From the NCBI RefSeq assembly GCF_009914755.1, contig NC_060946.1: a DNA stretch of 64,000 nucleotides. The stretch is one strand, 5' to 3'. The notes under the pieces are model-generated. The model searched no databases and was not told the origin of the DNA. It saw nothing but the letters and a program-made list of their open reading frames with translations. Shown one piece after another: positions 36,616-48,392 of this stretch (position 1 is the first letter of the stretch; each line of letters starts with the position of its first letter). The position numbers and the translations under genes are program-made. This DNA comes from the human T2T-CHM13v2.0 reference genome, Homo sapiens.

Positions 36616-37824
36616 TGAGAGACTGGGGGGATCTCTGAACATGAGTCCCCTCAGATGCAGAATTAGGCTGGGGGGATGTGGGAAGTTGGGGATGGAGGCT
36701 GTGGCCTCATCCTCACTCGCTGTCTTCTCCCCCAGGTGGCTCCATCTGGGCCGCATCTCCAGGACTCCTGGCCTGGACTTCTCTTTGGACCTCGGGTGAC
36801 CTTGGATTCTGGCCACAGTGACTTAGCGGTCAGACTCCGGTGGTTTTCTAGCCCGCTGGGTGACTCCCTGAAGATCTCATCCTCTTCACACCTGTTGGGA
36901 TAGAGCCTCCCATGGATAGGAACTCTTCCTGGTTGATGCTCAGCAGATGACTGATCTGGCTCTGGAGGACAGCTCCAGGGGTATGAGGGAGGCCTGGCAG
37001 CCCACTACTCCCTCCTCACCTGCTCGGGCCCTGCCTGCTGGGCCCTATTGTCTGGGTCTGGGGGCCCTTTCCTGCCCCATGTGAACTTGATTCCTCCTCG
37101 CGTTTCTGCCGGTGACCAGACAGAGCCTGGCCTGGGCCAAGTCCCCACTGACCACACTTTCCCCAAGGCTGGGTCTCAAAGGACCCTACAGGATGGGGAC
37201 AGGAACAAGGATGGGAGTCGGGGAGGGGCTGTCAGGCAGAGGGCAGATGCAGCTCCTCGGGTGCCGCTGGCTGGAGTCCTTTGTCTCCATTTGCTCAGTG
37301 CGTAATTGTCATTTTGTGGGGGACTTCCTTGGTGGGGCTTTTCCATGCTTTTCCTCTCCCTGATGGTTACAAAGAGGAGACAGTCAGGATCTGGGAGGAG
37401 CTGGAGCCTTCCCCCTGTGCTGTTGAACTCTGGGAGGGGCAGCCAGAGGGGCTGAGAGTGCACCATCCTGAAAAGAGAGGGTCTTTAAGAGATAAGATTT
37501 AGGCTAGGGAAATTCACTAGAAAGAGACAGGTGGCCCTGGGTTTTTTTTCCTGCCATCCAAAGGGAACCAGTCTTACCCAAAGGCTTAAGGGGTCACCTT
37601 AGCCCAGTCTCAGGACACTCTTCTCCAATCAGATCGCTGCTTCTAGTTGCACTGCTCCTGGATTCTGTTCTTGGGGAACAGAAGGTGGCAGGACAGGCCC
37701 CACAATCTGCAATTCCAGCTCCCTCCAGAGGGGACAGTCCCAGCGTTTGCAAGAGAGCAGCTTGTGGCCTCCCTTAGGCAAGTTTAAAAGCCAGATGTCC
37801 TTTTTCCCAGAATGCGGAGTGGTG

Positions 37825-38222
37825 TGTACTATTCATCAGCTTGGGCTGCCACAGCACCATGCCAGACTGGATGGCTTAAACATCAGGAATTTATTTTCTG
37901 CCAGTTCTGGAGGCTGGAAAGTCCAGATCAAGGTGTTAAGACTTGGTTTCTGGTGAGGCCTCTCTCCTTGGCTTGCAGGTGGCACCTTCTCACTATGTCC
38001 TCACATGGCCTTTTCTCTGTGGAGAGGGACAGAGAGCATGAGCAGGCTCTGGTGTCTCCTCCTCTTCTTATAAAGACACTAATATCACCATATTAGGGCT
38101 TAAACCTATGACCTCATTTAACCTTAACCCCTTAAAGGTCCCATCTCCAAAAACAGTCACATAGCAGGCTACTGCTTCAACATATGCATTTGGGGGAGGG
38201 GACACCATTCAGTTCTTAACAG
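37825..38222 (-). mobile_element. MLT1 LTR within the MIAT terminal exon region
   Basis: cagttctggaggctggaaagtccagatcaaggtg and tatgacctcatttaacctt...cttcaacatatgcatttggggg motifs. Confidence 0.82.
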
Positions 38223-39993
38223 GGTGGTCACCGCAAACATGGAAAGTCAGAGCCTTCTCCCCTTCAGAATTCCCGCCCCCACCCAGGGATGGGGAAGAGG
38301 AGCAGAGAGGTATGGGAAGCAGACACGGAGAGTGGCAGGTACCATGCTGGGGTGGCTCAGGAGTGCTTCGGAGGACATATGGAACTGGCAGGGCTCAGTG
38401 CAGGGAGGCGGAGGCCCTGGGAGAGCCGTGTCCTGAGAAGGGCCTGGGCTACAACCCTGGGCAAGTTACTTCACCTCTGAGCCTCCGATGCTCTGTGAAA
38501 TGGAAGGAATGTGCTTGCCTGTCAGGTGCAGGGAGAATTCAGTGAGATTGTGTGCCTAGCACAGTGCCTGACTCCCAGTAGGTGCTCAGCAAATGCTCCC
38601 ATCCATCTGGGAGTATAGACTTAGGGTTTATCTATTTTTTTTTTTTTTTTGGCTCTCTGGACTTTAAAACTCAGCATCTTCTGAACCAGAGGCATTTCTG
38701 ATTAGCCCTTCCCTACCTATTTTCCTAGTATCACTCTTTAATCAGCTTGGGGAGGTGGCAGCATTTCATGGCCTCCGTAGTAACTCACAATGCTTCCTGG
38801 GGTATTTAAATTCTACTCTCTCATCAGCACTGAGCACCTACTTTGGGCCCTTTCCCGTGCTAGCCATTTGGGGGAAATATAGGTGAAGAGTGGCTGGGGT
38901 TTGAACCTTTAGGATTTCACAGCCATGCTGGATGGGATAAAACCAGCTCACATGGAGAATCAGAGAATGGGACAGTGCCACAAAACAGTCTACTGAGGCA
39001 CAAGTTCTGAGTGCCTGGGAAGTGGTAGAGAGACCCCAGAGAGGGCTGCTGCAGTCTGGAACAGCTTCCTAGCAAGCTGTACCAAACAGGGCCTTGAAGG
39101 ATGAGAAAGATCTGGCTGAGATGATACCCGACCCTCTAGGGAAATTCTTAAAGTAACTTCTAGGAAATGTCATTGCTCCTTAAAAAAAAAAAAAAAAAAA
39201 AGCAGGTTCTAATTCAAATTCCGCTGCACTACTGAAGTAGTGCAGGACTTATCAGAACCTTTAAAATGCTAATGGCAATTTCAAATACTCAGGGACAGGG
39301 CATAGGATGAAGTGTTCCTTGACTTTTATGGCCGTAGAATCTTTTTCTCATGGAACATCGTTTAGAACTGTGGGAGATGCTAGGCTGGGGTTTCTATGGG
39401 AAAAGTACAGCAGTGATAGAAGATGGCATAATTAGGGTACACTTAGGTGCTTTGTAGCATTGGCTGAAAAGGAAGCAGACCGGGTGGGCGTGGGGGAGTC
39501 TCAACTTGGTTCCAGGAGCCAGGCCAGCTTGATGCGTTTTTTTTTTTTCTAATGGTGGGAGGGCAGGCCAATAGTTGGAGAAACTAGAGGCCTGACAGTC
39601 GGTGATGGAAGAGATGTCTACTAAGCACGGTTGTCAGATCTTTTGCGGAGAGATGCGGGTGTGCGTGTGTCTGTCAGAGTGTAACAGGATCCAGCCCTCT
39701 GGGAAGGGGCTGACCAGAACCAGGCAGGGGGTTTCTGTCTAGGACAAGTAGGGTCCATTTTCAGGGGAGCTGAAATATTTGCAGGGGGTGCTCTGAGACC
39801 CACAGCCAATAAATAGGGAAGCAACATGCTTTTGGGCAGGGTCCATGTGGTTAGGGTTGATTTTGATGGGGCTGGGGGGCTTAGAGTTAGACCCCCTGCC
39901 CTGGTCAGGCCCCACTCCCTGGCTGGTGGGGGCGGGAGGCCTCTGAAGCTGCAGCTGGAGGGGCCGGGGCAGTGTTGCATGGTGTGATTAACC

Positions 39994-40800
39994 TACTAAC
40001 CCAGGGCTCAGCCGGGACGCTGTGGCGTGTGACGAGGTGCCTGGCCTTCTGCCAACCAACTAACCCACTAACCAGGCCCGAGCATGCCCTACTAACCACC
40101 CCCCCGCAGCCAGATCCTACTAACTGTGCAGCTCATGGGCCTTTCAAGGGGCTGGGATATGGGGGCAGCCAAGGCTCCAGAAGGCTCTGCCTATGGGCTG
40201 GGATCTTTGTGCAGACCCACGTTCCAGGACAGAGAATGCAAATAAGACTCACCAACTCTGCCACTTCCTGTTGAGTGAGTTTGAGTAAGTCACCTCACTT
40301 CTCTCAACCTCAGTTTCCTCAGTGGTAGAATGCGAGTTCTGATACCTTACAGGTTGCAGTGAGGATTCCCGTCAATATAAGGGTCTCAGCACATGGCAGA
40401 CACTTAAAAAAAAAAAAAGTATGAGGATGGAGGAAGGCCCCTCAAACCTGGTTGAACACGTCTGCTGCCTAGGCCCTGGCCTCTCTGGGTGTTCTGCACA
40501 CAGATCCTTCTGCCTGGGGCAAGACACTTGGCTTTGAATCCATGTCACTTCCCCACATTCTTCCTCCGTCTCAGCTTTCTTTTCTGTAGGCAGCTCTTTT
40601 GTTCGATTACTAACCCGTCTAACCCCTGGGGTGCCTCAACTGCACCCCGATCATCCCTTAACAAACTAACGGACCTGCGTGCGTTCTTCCTTTTCTCTTA
40701 GCGACTCCTGTGTGTGTCTGCTGAGGTGCCCTGTCCGCTGGTGCTGTGCTCTGACTTACTAACCCAGCCCCTACTAACCCTGTTTTCTCTTCTTACTAAC
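39994..40800 (+). repeat. MIAT: TACTAAC (UACUAAC) branch-point motif cluster of MIAT; SF1/QKI-binding element
   Basis: Perfect TACTAAC starting at 39994, 40090, 40118, 40608, 40757, 40772 and 40794. Near-matches: AACTAAC 40058, CACTAAC 40066, CTAAC 40619, AACTAAC 40664. Confidence 0.95.
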
Positions 40801-41219
40801 CCCAGCCCTGCCGAGCTCTGGGCTCCCCCCGGGGGCTGGTCCCCCTCCTTTTGGCAAGCAGATGACCTGGGGCTACTGGCCCTGTAGACAGATGTCCCAC
40901 TTTGCTGCCCCATATTGGCTGTAAGATCAGAGTCCACTGGGCCAGGTCTAAGGCAGGGGATGGCCCTATTAACAAGACTCAGAGGAGGAAGAGGTGGTCC
41001 TGTGGATGTGGGAGGCTGGACTCTGAGTATGACATCTCTCCTATGTGCAGAAGTCTGGTTGCCACTGGGAGTAGGTGGGACCAGGGAAATCTCTGGGACG
41101 TGAGTGTGGAGGCCTGTTGGTCTAGACTCTAGACTGTGGAGCTCTGAGCTTTTGTGTCCTCTGGAAGGAAGCTGGGGAAGAATCCTCTCCATTGTTAAGT
41201 GACAGGGATAGAAGCTGTC

Positions 41220-41630
41220 CTGCACAGGAAGTCACGAGGGGGGCGTATCCCACGAGGAAGGCAGGAGGGGGCGTGCCCCTCACCGGAAATTAGCAGAGGG
41301 GCGTGTCCCACACCGGAAGTCAGAAAGCGGAGCCTTTCTTACACCGGAAGTCAATGAAGCGGGTCTTTCCTACGCTAAAAACCACTGAGTGGAGTATTTA
41401 GTACACAGGAAGTCGGCCAGAGAAACATTTCTCATATTTGAAGGCCGGAAAGAGGGACATTTCTGACACCGGAAGTCAGTGAGAGGACTCTTTCCCACAC
41501 AGGAAGTCAGCTAGAGAGCCGTCTCCCCTCTCTGGAGCCGAGAGAGGCCGGTTTCCCCCACCGTAAGTAGACGTGGGGCCGTGACCGGAAGTCCTTGGGA
41601 AAGATCCGTCCCATTCCCGGAAGCTAGAGG
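41220..41630 (+). promoter_or_regulatory. MIATNB: Internal ETS-array promoter (probable promoter of MIATNB and/or short MIAT isoforms)
   Basis: Eleven GGAA cores, mostly (C/A)GGAAG, including CCGGAAGT at 41313, 41344, 41469 and 41585. GGGGCGT GC boxes, local CpG enrichment, and a CC|GTAAGT donor at 41563. The MIATNB assignment is from memory of the locus. Confidence 0.75.
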
Positions 41631-42209
41631 GCGTTAGTTGTCGGGTTGAAAAGGGGTGTGGGGAGGGGAAGCAGCTTTACCCCGGGCTCGGAGTTTGCAG
41701 GAGAGAGAAGTGGGGAGCAAGAAGTGAACCTCAGGGGCTCACAGGGTTCCCGCAGATGCTCAGGCCGGCCAGGAATGCATCTCTGGCTCTCTGTTCCCAC
41801 GGACGTCACTGCCTCAGCCAGCCTCCCCCAGAGCCCGCCAGCCGCTAAGCCGGGGCCACACCTGGGGGTGATTTCATGCCTCACCTCCAGTAGGCACCTT
41901 GGTTTCTTTGGGCTAATCTCTGGCTCCCTTGCGCTAACTCTTGCTCTCACCCAGCTAATCCCTGCCTCACCCTGACTGCCCCAGGGGCTGACCACTAACA
42001 ACCAACCTGGCCCTGTCTGGGGGTTCCAGGCTCCTGGCCTGGCCCTGACCGGTTCTTAATTAACCTTTCCTTCACCTTGACTAACTCCTGCCTTCCTGGT
42101 CTGTTCCTTTCAGCAGAAACTAATGGTTTGTGGATTTTTTTCTGACTAACAACAGGTCTAACATTCCTCGTTACTGTTAACAGCTTGGATGTCGGCATGG
42201 CTGGGAAGG

Positions 42210-42300
42210 GGCTAACACAGCTTTGAACTTGGCTAACACAGGTTTGAACTTGGCTAACACAGGTTTGAACTTGACTAACACAGGGAAAAGCATAGCTAAC
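42210..42300 (+). repeat. 21-bp tandem repeat GGCTAACACAGGTTTGAACTT (3.5 copies plus an in-phase fifth CTAAC)
   Basis: Units at 42210, 42231, 42252 and 42273; CTAAC at 42212, 42233, 42254, 42275 and 42296. Confidence 0.93.
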
Positions 42301-45028
42301 AATTTTGGGCGTGGTGGCTGCTCTGAGTCAGAACAATCAGAAGTCGGTAAAGATGGTAGTTTTCTAAAGGAGGTGCCAGGGCTCTGGTGTGGACCAGGCC
42401 TGATGGAGCAGTGGTACCCACCAAGGTGGGGTCAGAAGTATAGCCAGTCTTGCAAGGTTTTGGCCATTGGGCATATCTTCACTCCTCATAGTCTGCATTT
42501 GGTTTCAGTTCTTAAAAATATATAGCCTTATAGCTACAGTAGTTTGCACAAGTAGATGCAGCTCTTATAAACCTTAAAATACCTGTCTGGTGTCTACAGA
42601 GCATATGCCATTTTGTATAGAGTCACCCTTCCCCAGGCCAGGGCCTAGAGTCTTCATTTTGGGGACTTTGTGTTTTGGAAGTTCTAGGACATAAAGCTTT
42701 AGATCAGAGTATTCAGAAGGGTTATAACTCCGTCAGTCATTTACATGTTAGTAGTATAAATTATCTGAGCTTCCTGTTCTAACTTTTAGCTCTTCTAGCA
42801 TAAACTCTTCTGTGCAATTTAGCTGCACCGAGGAAACGGGAGTTTTTCTGGAAGGGACTTTTGATCTCTTTAGACTGAGGGAACGTCCTTTGGGAGTAGA
42901 GGGGCAGGGAGCATACGCAAGGGATTCCAGGTGCAGGTAAAAGGTGGCACTAGTTCAAGGTTTTGCTGACTCAGTCTGGTAGTCAGAGTCTGCAGGAGAA
43001 GACAGTTCAAGGCAGGGCCTGGAGGATTGGATCAGTTTAGGGACAGGTCAAAGGCTGGCTTAGAGACCTTAGAGGCAGGTTGCTTGGGTCGTTGAATGCT
43101 AGTCTGGTGCTGAGAGCCCTTTTCTCTGGCAACTGTGGACTCAGAGCTAACCAATTGTAGTTGGCAGTGGGGGTGAAGGGTGATCCAGAGGCCTGAGCTG
43201 CAGAGGGCACAAGAGAGAAAAGATGTCTTAGAAAGAGCTTTGAGAACATGCCTTGGCTGCTGGCAGGGACCTTGGATGGGGTAGTCTACACCCGGAAGTG
43301 CCTGCCTGCCATCCTCTAGTGGCTGCCTTGCTCCATTTCACTCAAAGCAGGAAGCTCACATCTCCTATTCCTGAAACTCCTCTTTGTTTAACTGCAAAGA
43401 CTTGATGCTGCTAAGGATCTACTATGTGCCAGGCACTGCTCTGGGCGCTGGGACCTGCACCTGGGCTTTTTCGTCATGGTGCTTTTATAGCCTAGTGGGA
43501 GAGTTGGTGAAGTAGATAGTGATTCAGTGAGATGGGTGTTATGATTGGTCAGGGGTCTGTGGGAGCACCAAGGAGACAGACAAGATTGATGTGCACCTAC
43601 TCTGTGCCAGGCGTGTGCCAGGCATTGGGGATGTAGTGGTAGTTAAACACCATTTGGTCTTCAGGAGCTTTAATTCTAGTGTGTTGGGTGCAGGGGGGTG
43701 GAATGGGGACAGAGAGACACCTAATCCACCCTGTGGTGGCTTTCTGGAGAGGGAGGCATCTAAGCTGAGCTGTGGCTGGGTGGAGTGTGGGTGGGGATGA
43801 GTTCCGGGCAGCGAGAGTGGTGGACACCAGTTTCTGGGGATCAGAGAGGATCCAAAGAGGTTCTGGAAGGTTCATGTGGAATGTAGCAAGAGATAGGAGA
43901 CATGGACATGGTGCCGGGTCTGGTTGCCAAGAAGTTTAGATTTTATCCTTAGGCCTTGGGGAGCGACGGATATGATCTGAGAAAGGGAGTTAGTGGATTT
44001 GAGTTTTAGGCTGGCCATTTGGCTTTTCCAGCCCAGGTGGAACTCAGAGGAGTTTGCAATGGCCTCTGGCCACATTTTAGACAACTGAGCAGAACTTTTT
44101 GAAACTAGGAAGACCCTTTGGTCCATCTTTTGATAAACAGAATCCATACATGTCTACCCCAGTTGGAAGTATCTCTGCAATGACTGGAAAGTAAAGAGGA
44201 CCAAGGTGAAAATAAAGGCTCGGAAGGGGAGCAATCTTGAAAACATGTCATCCCATGGTGGTGGGAAGTCCCTGGAGAAGATCAGGGGAAACACAGTCAT
44301 AGGCTGCAAGTCTATAAGATAATTCCATTGGGGAGGGAGCCCATTTGTCATGCATGGCTGCAAGGGGCAGATACAAGTGTGGAGTAAGCTTGCAAGAGCT
44401 GATCCTGGTCCCAGAGAGGGAAAAATATGCCTTGGTGGGTAATGAACCTTTTGTTCCCAGAGGCAGAAGGATTGGGACTAGGCCAACATAGAGATTGGCG
44501 ATGGTTGTGAGATTCTAAGAGTGTGTGTGCATCTTGACAATATTAGAGGAGGCTGAGCCCAAGCAGGCACATTCTCTTCGACCCCTCCCTCATTCAGTCT
44601 GCTTTGGAGTCTACTGAACATCAAGCTTGCTATGAGCAGGATCTTAGAGCTGAGGAATTGGCCTCCCAATCCGAACAGGTGTTATAATCCTTTCTTAATA
44701 GGTTGTGCTGTGGACCCAATGTGAGGGCTGTGCTGGTGTAAATGGTGACATATTGAGCTGGGGGGATGCTTTCGGGGTGGGGGGACTGGTTCCATTCCAT
44801 CAAAGGCCCTCTTGAGAGTCTATCCAGGGACCCATTGTTTTACTTTAACAGACCAGAAAAGATGTTTGTTTTCCATGTCATTACCCCCAGGGGATACCGA
44901 ATGTGTGGGTAGAAATTTCTCTGTAGATTAAAAATCAGATTTTTACATGGATTCAACAAAGGAGCGTCACTTGGATTTTTGTTTTCATCCATGAATGTAG
45001 CTGCTTCTGTGTAAAATGCCATTTTGCT

Positions 45029-45034
45029 ATTAAA
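45029..45034 (+). terminator. MIAT: MIAT polyadenylation signal (ATTAAA)
   Basis: ATTAAA preceded by TGTA (CFIm) elements at 44996 and 45010, close to where unique sequence gives way to L1/Alu repeats. A second ATTAAA lies at 44927. Confidence 0.75.
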
Positions 45035-45319
45035 AATCAATTCACGCTGGAAACATGACTGTGGCCTATGAAGCAGAAGGGACGTGCTGTTTAGGGGAGA
45101 GGGGGCAGCCAGTGGCATTCTCAAGGAGCAGGGGTGGGCTCTCTCGGTGAGTCAGCCTTTCCTCAAGAGTGACCCTAGAAGTCAATATAATAGGGTATTT
45201 TATTTTTTAATTTTGGTAAAATAATCATAACATAAAACTTCACCACCATAATAATTTCTAAGTGAACATCTTGGTGGTATCATTCACATTGTTGTGCAAC
45301 CATTATCACCATTGGTATT

Positions 45320-45841
45320 TATTTTTCTTTTCTTTTTTTTAGAGATGAGGTCTTGCTATGTTGCCCAGGCTGGCTTTGATCTCCTGGTCTCAAGCGATCC
45401 TCTTGCTTCAGCCTCTTGAGTAGCTGGGACTGCAGGCGTGCACCACTGTGCCTGGTGGTATTTTTAAAAAATAACACTTCTTTATGCCTAGGGCAGTGCT
45501 TCCAGAAATCCAGGTTCTTATTGCCAGGGAATTTGTTTATTTTATTATTATTTTTTTTTTGAGATGGAGTCTCGCTCTGTTGCCCAGACTGGGGTGCAGT
45601 GGCGCGGTCTCGGCTCACTGTAAGCTCTGCCTCCTGGGTTCACGCCATTCTCCTGCCTCAGCCTCCTGAGTAGCTGGGACTACAGGCACCCACCACCACG
45701 CCCGGCTAATTTTTTGTATTTTTAGTAGAGACGGGGTTTCACCGTGTTAGCCAGGATGGTCTCGATCTCCTGACCTCGTGATCTGCCCGCCTCGGCCTCC
45801 CAAAGTGCTGGGTTTACAGGCTTGAGCCACCGCGCATGGCC
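45320..45841 (-). mobile_element. FLAM plus AluY, both antisense
   Basis: Alu consensus; AluY-type ccgtgttagccaggatggtctcgatctcc. Confidence 0.88.
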
Positions 45842-47419
45842 TGCCAGGGATCTTATACTTCACTGGGGAGGCAAAGAGTTCCTTGGTGACAGAGAAAAAG
45901 ATAGAGTTTAGTGTGTGATCGTGAAGGACTGGCAAATATAAGCCACACACATCGCCACTCTTCCCTTCAGCATCCTTGACAGACATTGCAAGTTGATTGC
46001 CTATCTCTCTTTGGGAACTTGGGTGCATTTTCAGGCTCTTTCTCAGAACAGTGTTCTGGGTAGCCAAGTTTTAAAAGAACTTTGGAGTCAGTCTTAGGAT
46101 TGAGACTACTGATAATCCTCAGTTTGAATCCCAGCTTTGCCACACACCTGCTGTTAGATCTTGGGGATGATTGCCCTTCCCTGAGCCTCCATCGGCTCTG
46201 TAGAATGGGGAGACCACTCCCACCTCATAGGGCCATTGTGAAGGTTCCCAAGCGTTCTTGCAGAGCTAAGACAGCGCTTGATGCCCTGCAAGTGTTCCCT
46301 GAAACCTCATTCTGTGTTAGCACCAGATGATGAGATTGGGGGCCAGAGGTGCTCTGTTGGAAAGAAGGTCAGGAGGAGGTGGGGTGAGGGTGGGGGCAGT
46401 AAGGGATGGCTTTCTGGGAGAATCAAAACTTGAGGGGAACCTTGAAGGATGGGGAATAGTCAATAAATCCGGAGAAAATAGTGATGGTGCAGGGCATTTC
46501 AGGATGGCTTCTCCAAGATTCATTGGACTGGTTCGGTAGGAGATGAGGATATTGATAGGATATTGGGGTGGGGGCAGGGTGGACACTTCAGAGGAGGTTA
46601 CAGATTGAGCTAAGAAGTGGAGGCTGGTCTGTGCAGCAGTGTTCAAGGCGTGGTAAGAAGGGTTGGGAATCTCCCACGGCTGGCAGAACTTGTGAGCCCC
46701 CCTGCCCTCAAAGGACTACAAGACCCCTAATGAGAAGAGAGCTTCCTCCCAGTCCTCCTTTCTCTTCCTCCTCTCCCTCCCTCTATTCACCCAGCAGCTG
46801 TTTACTGAGTCCTTCTTTTATAGTGGGCACTGCCCTAGCCTCTGGGATGCCAGGTTGCTGGCCTTTCTGTTACCAGTGCACCTATTTGCTCTCGCCTGGG
46901 TACCTACTTTTGCACTGGCTTTTCCCGTCACTTAGAATGTATGTCCCTCTGGTTTTCACGTGGCTGACTTCTTGTTGGCGCTCAGCTGAACATCACTTGT
47001 TCAGAGAAGCCTTCCCTGACCACCCTGTCCACAGTACTCTATCACTGCAGTTCTCAAACATTTTGGCTTCAGGCTCTTTACACTCTTGCCATATGACGCA
47101 CAGTGCTAGCTGATTGCCTGCCTATCTTTGGGAACTTGGGTGCATTTTCAGCCTTTTTCTCAGAAAAGTGTTCTGGGCAGCCAGGCCCAGTTGCAGGTGT
47201 TTTTTCAAAGGCATTGTGGATGCTGGCCACTCACAAGGCTCAACTGGCCCCTGTTTCATTCATTCAGCAAAATGTTGTTGAGTCCTACTGTGTGTCGAAT
47301 ACAATGCTGGGTGCCCAGGGCACAGCAGACAGGCATCACCCCTGCAGAGTGCAAAGCCCAGGAGAGGCAGTGAATGGAAACTAGATTTGGATGGGGGACA
47401 GGGACAGAAGGAAACCATT

Positions 47420-47690
47420 GTAGAGACTCTGCCATGTTGTAAATTAAAACAGAGACATTTTAAAAAGACTTGTTTATTCATGGAAAAATCACAATAACAA
47501 TAATAAACCCATCGCATATTAACAAAAATAACACATGCTTTATTATGAATAACCGTATTTTCCAAAGCAAAATAAATTTAGTGAGAAGACAGCATTATTT
47601 TACTTTCTTAGGGTAAATCTCTTTAATGTCTGGCCTAATAGAAGACAGATTGTGTTGCATTCTGATATCTGCCTCTGCATTTAGTCTGTT
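47420..47690. mobile_element. Charlie1-type hAT DNA transposon fragment
   Basis: atttagtgagaagacagcatt...aaatctctttaatgtctggcctaatagaagacag resembles the Charlie1 consensus as I recall it. Confidence 0.7.
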
Positions 47691-47956
47691 GCATGTCAGT
47701 GTCGTGTAGCTCCTGGGAGTCCAGTCCGCTTTGTAGGTGCTCTGTGGCCCAGCCAGAGCTGTAGTTCACAGGAGCGACCAGGAGATGGTGGTGTTGCACC
47801 AAACCCTTACTGCTTATTATTGGAAACTCAGTTCCTCTCAGGGGCATTTGGGGCTGGATGCTCTACGGGATACTCTGGAAATCACAGAGTTTTAGGGCAT
47901 TGAGTAGGACTTGGCATGGGTGGGACAAGGATAGGGACTGGAGAGAATGCAGCTGA

Positions 47957-48392
<436 letters not shown>

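Noticed and set aside
41220-41630. CRISPR-like appearance (conserved short repeat with variable spacers)
   Set aside because: Human DNA with no cas genes; the repeats are degenerate ETS motifs and the spacers are related to one another, which fits a decayed minisatellite.
42223-42525. 100-aa ORF beginning NLANTGLNLANTGL
   Set aside because: Non-ATG start; the peptide repeat is simply the translation of the 21-bp tandem repeat, and there is no recognisable homology.
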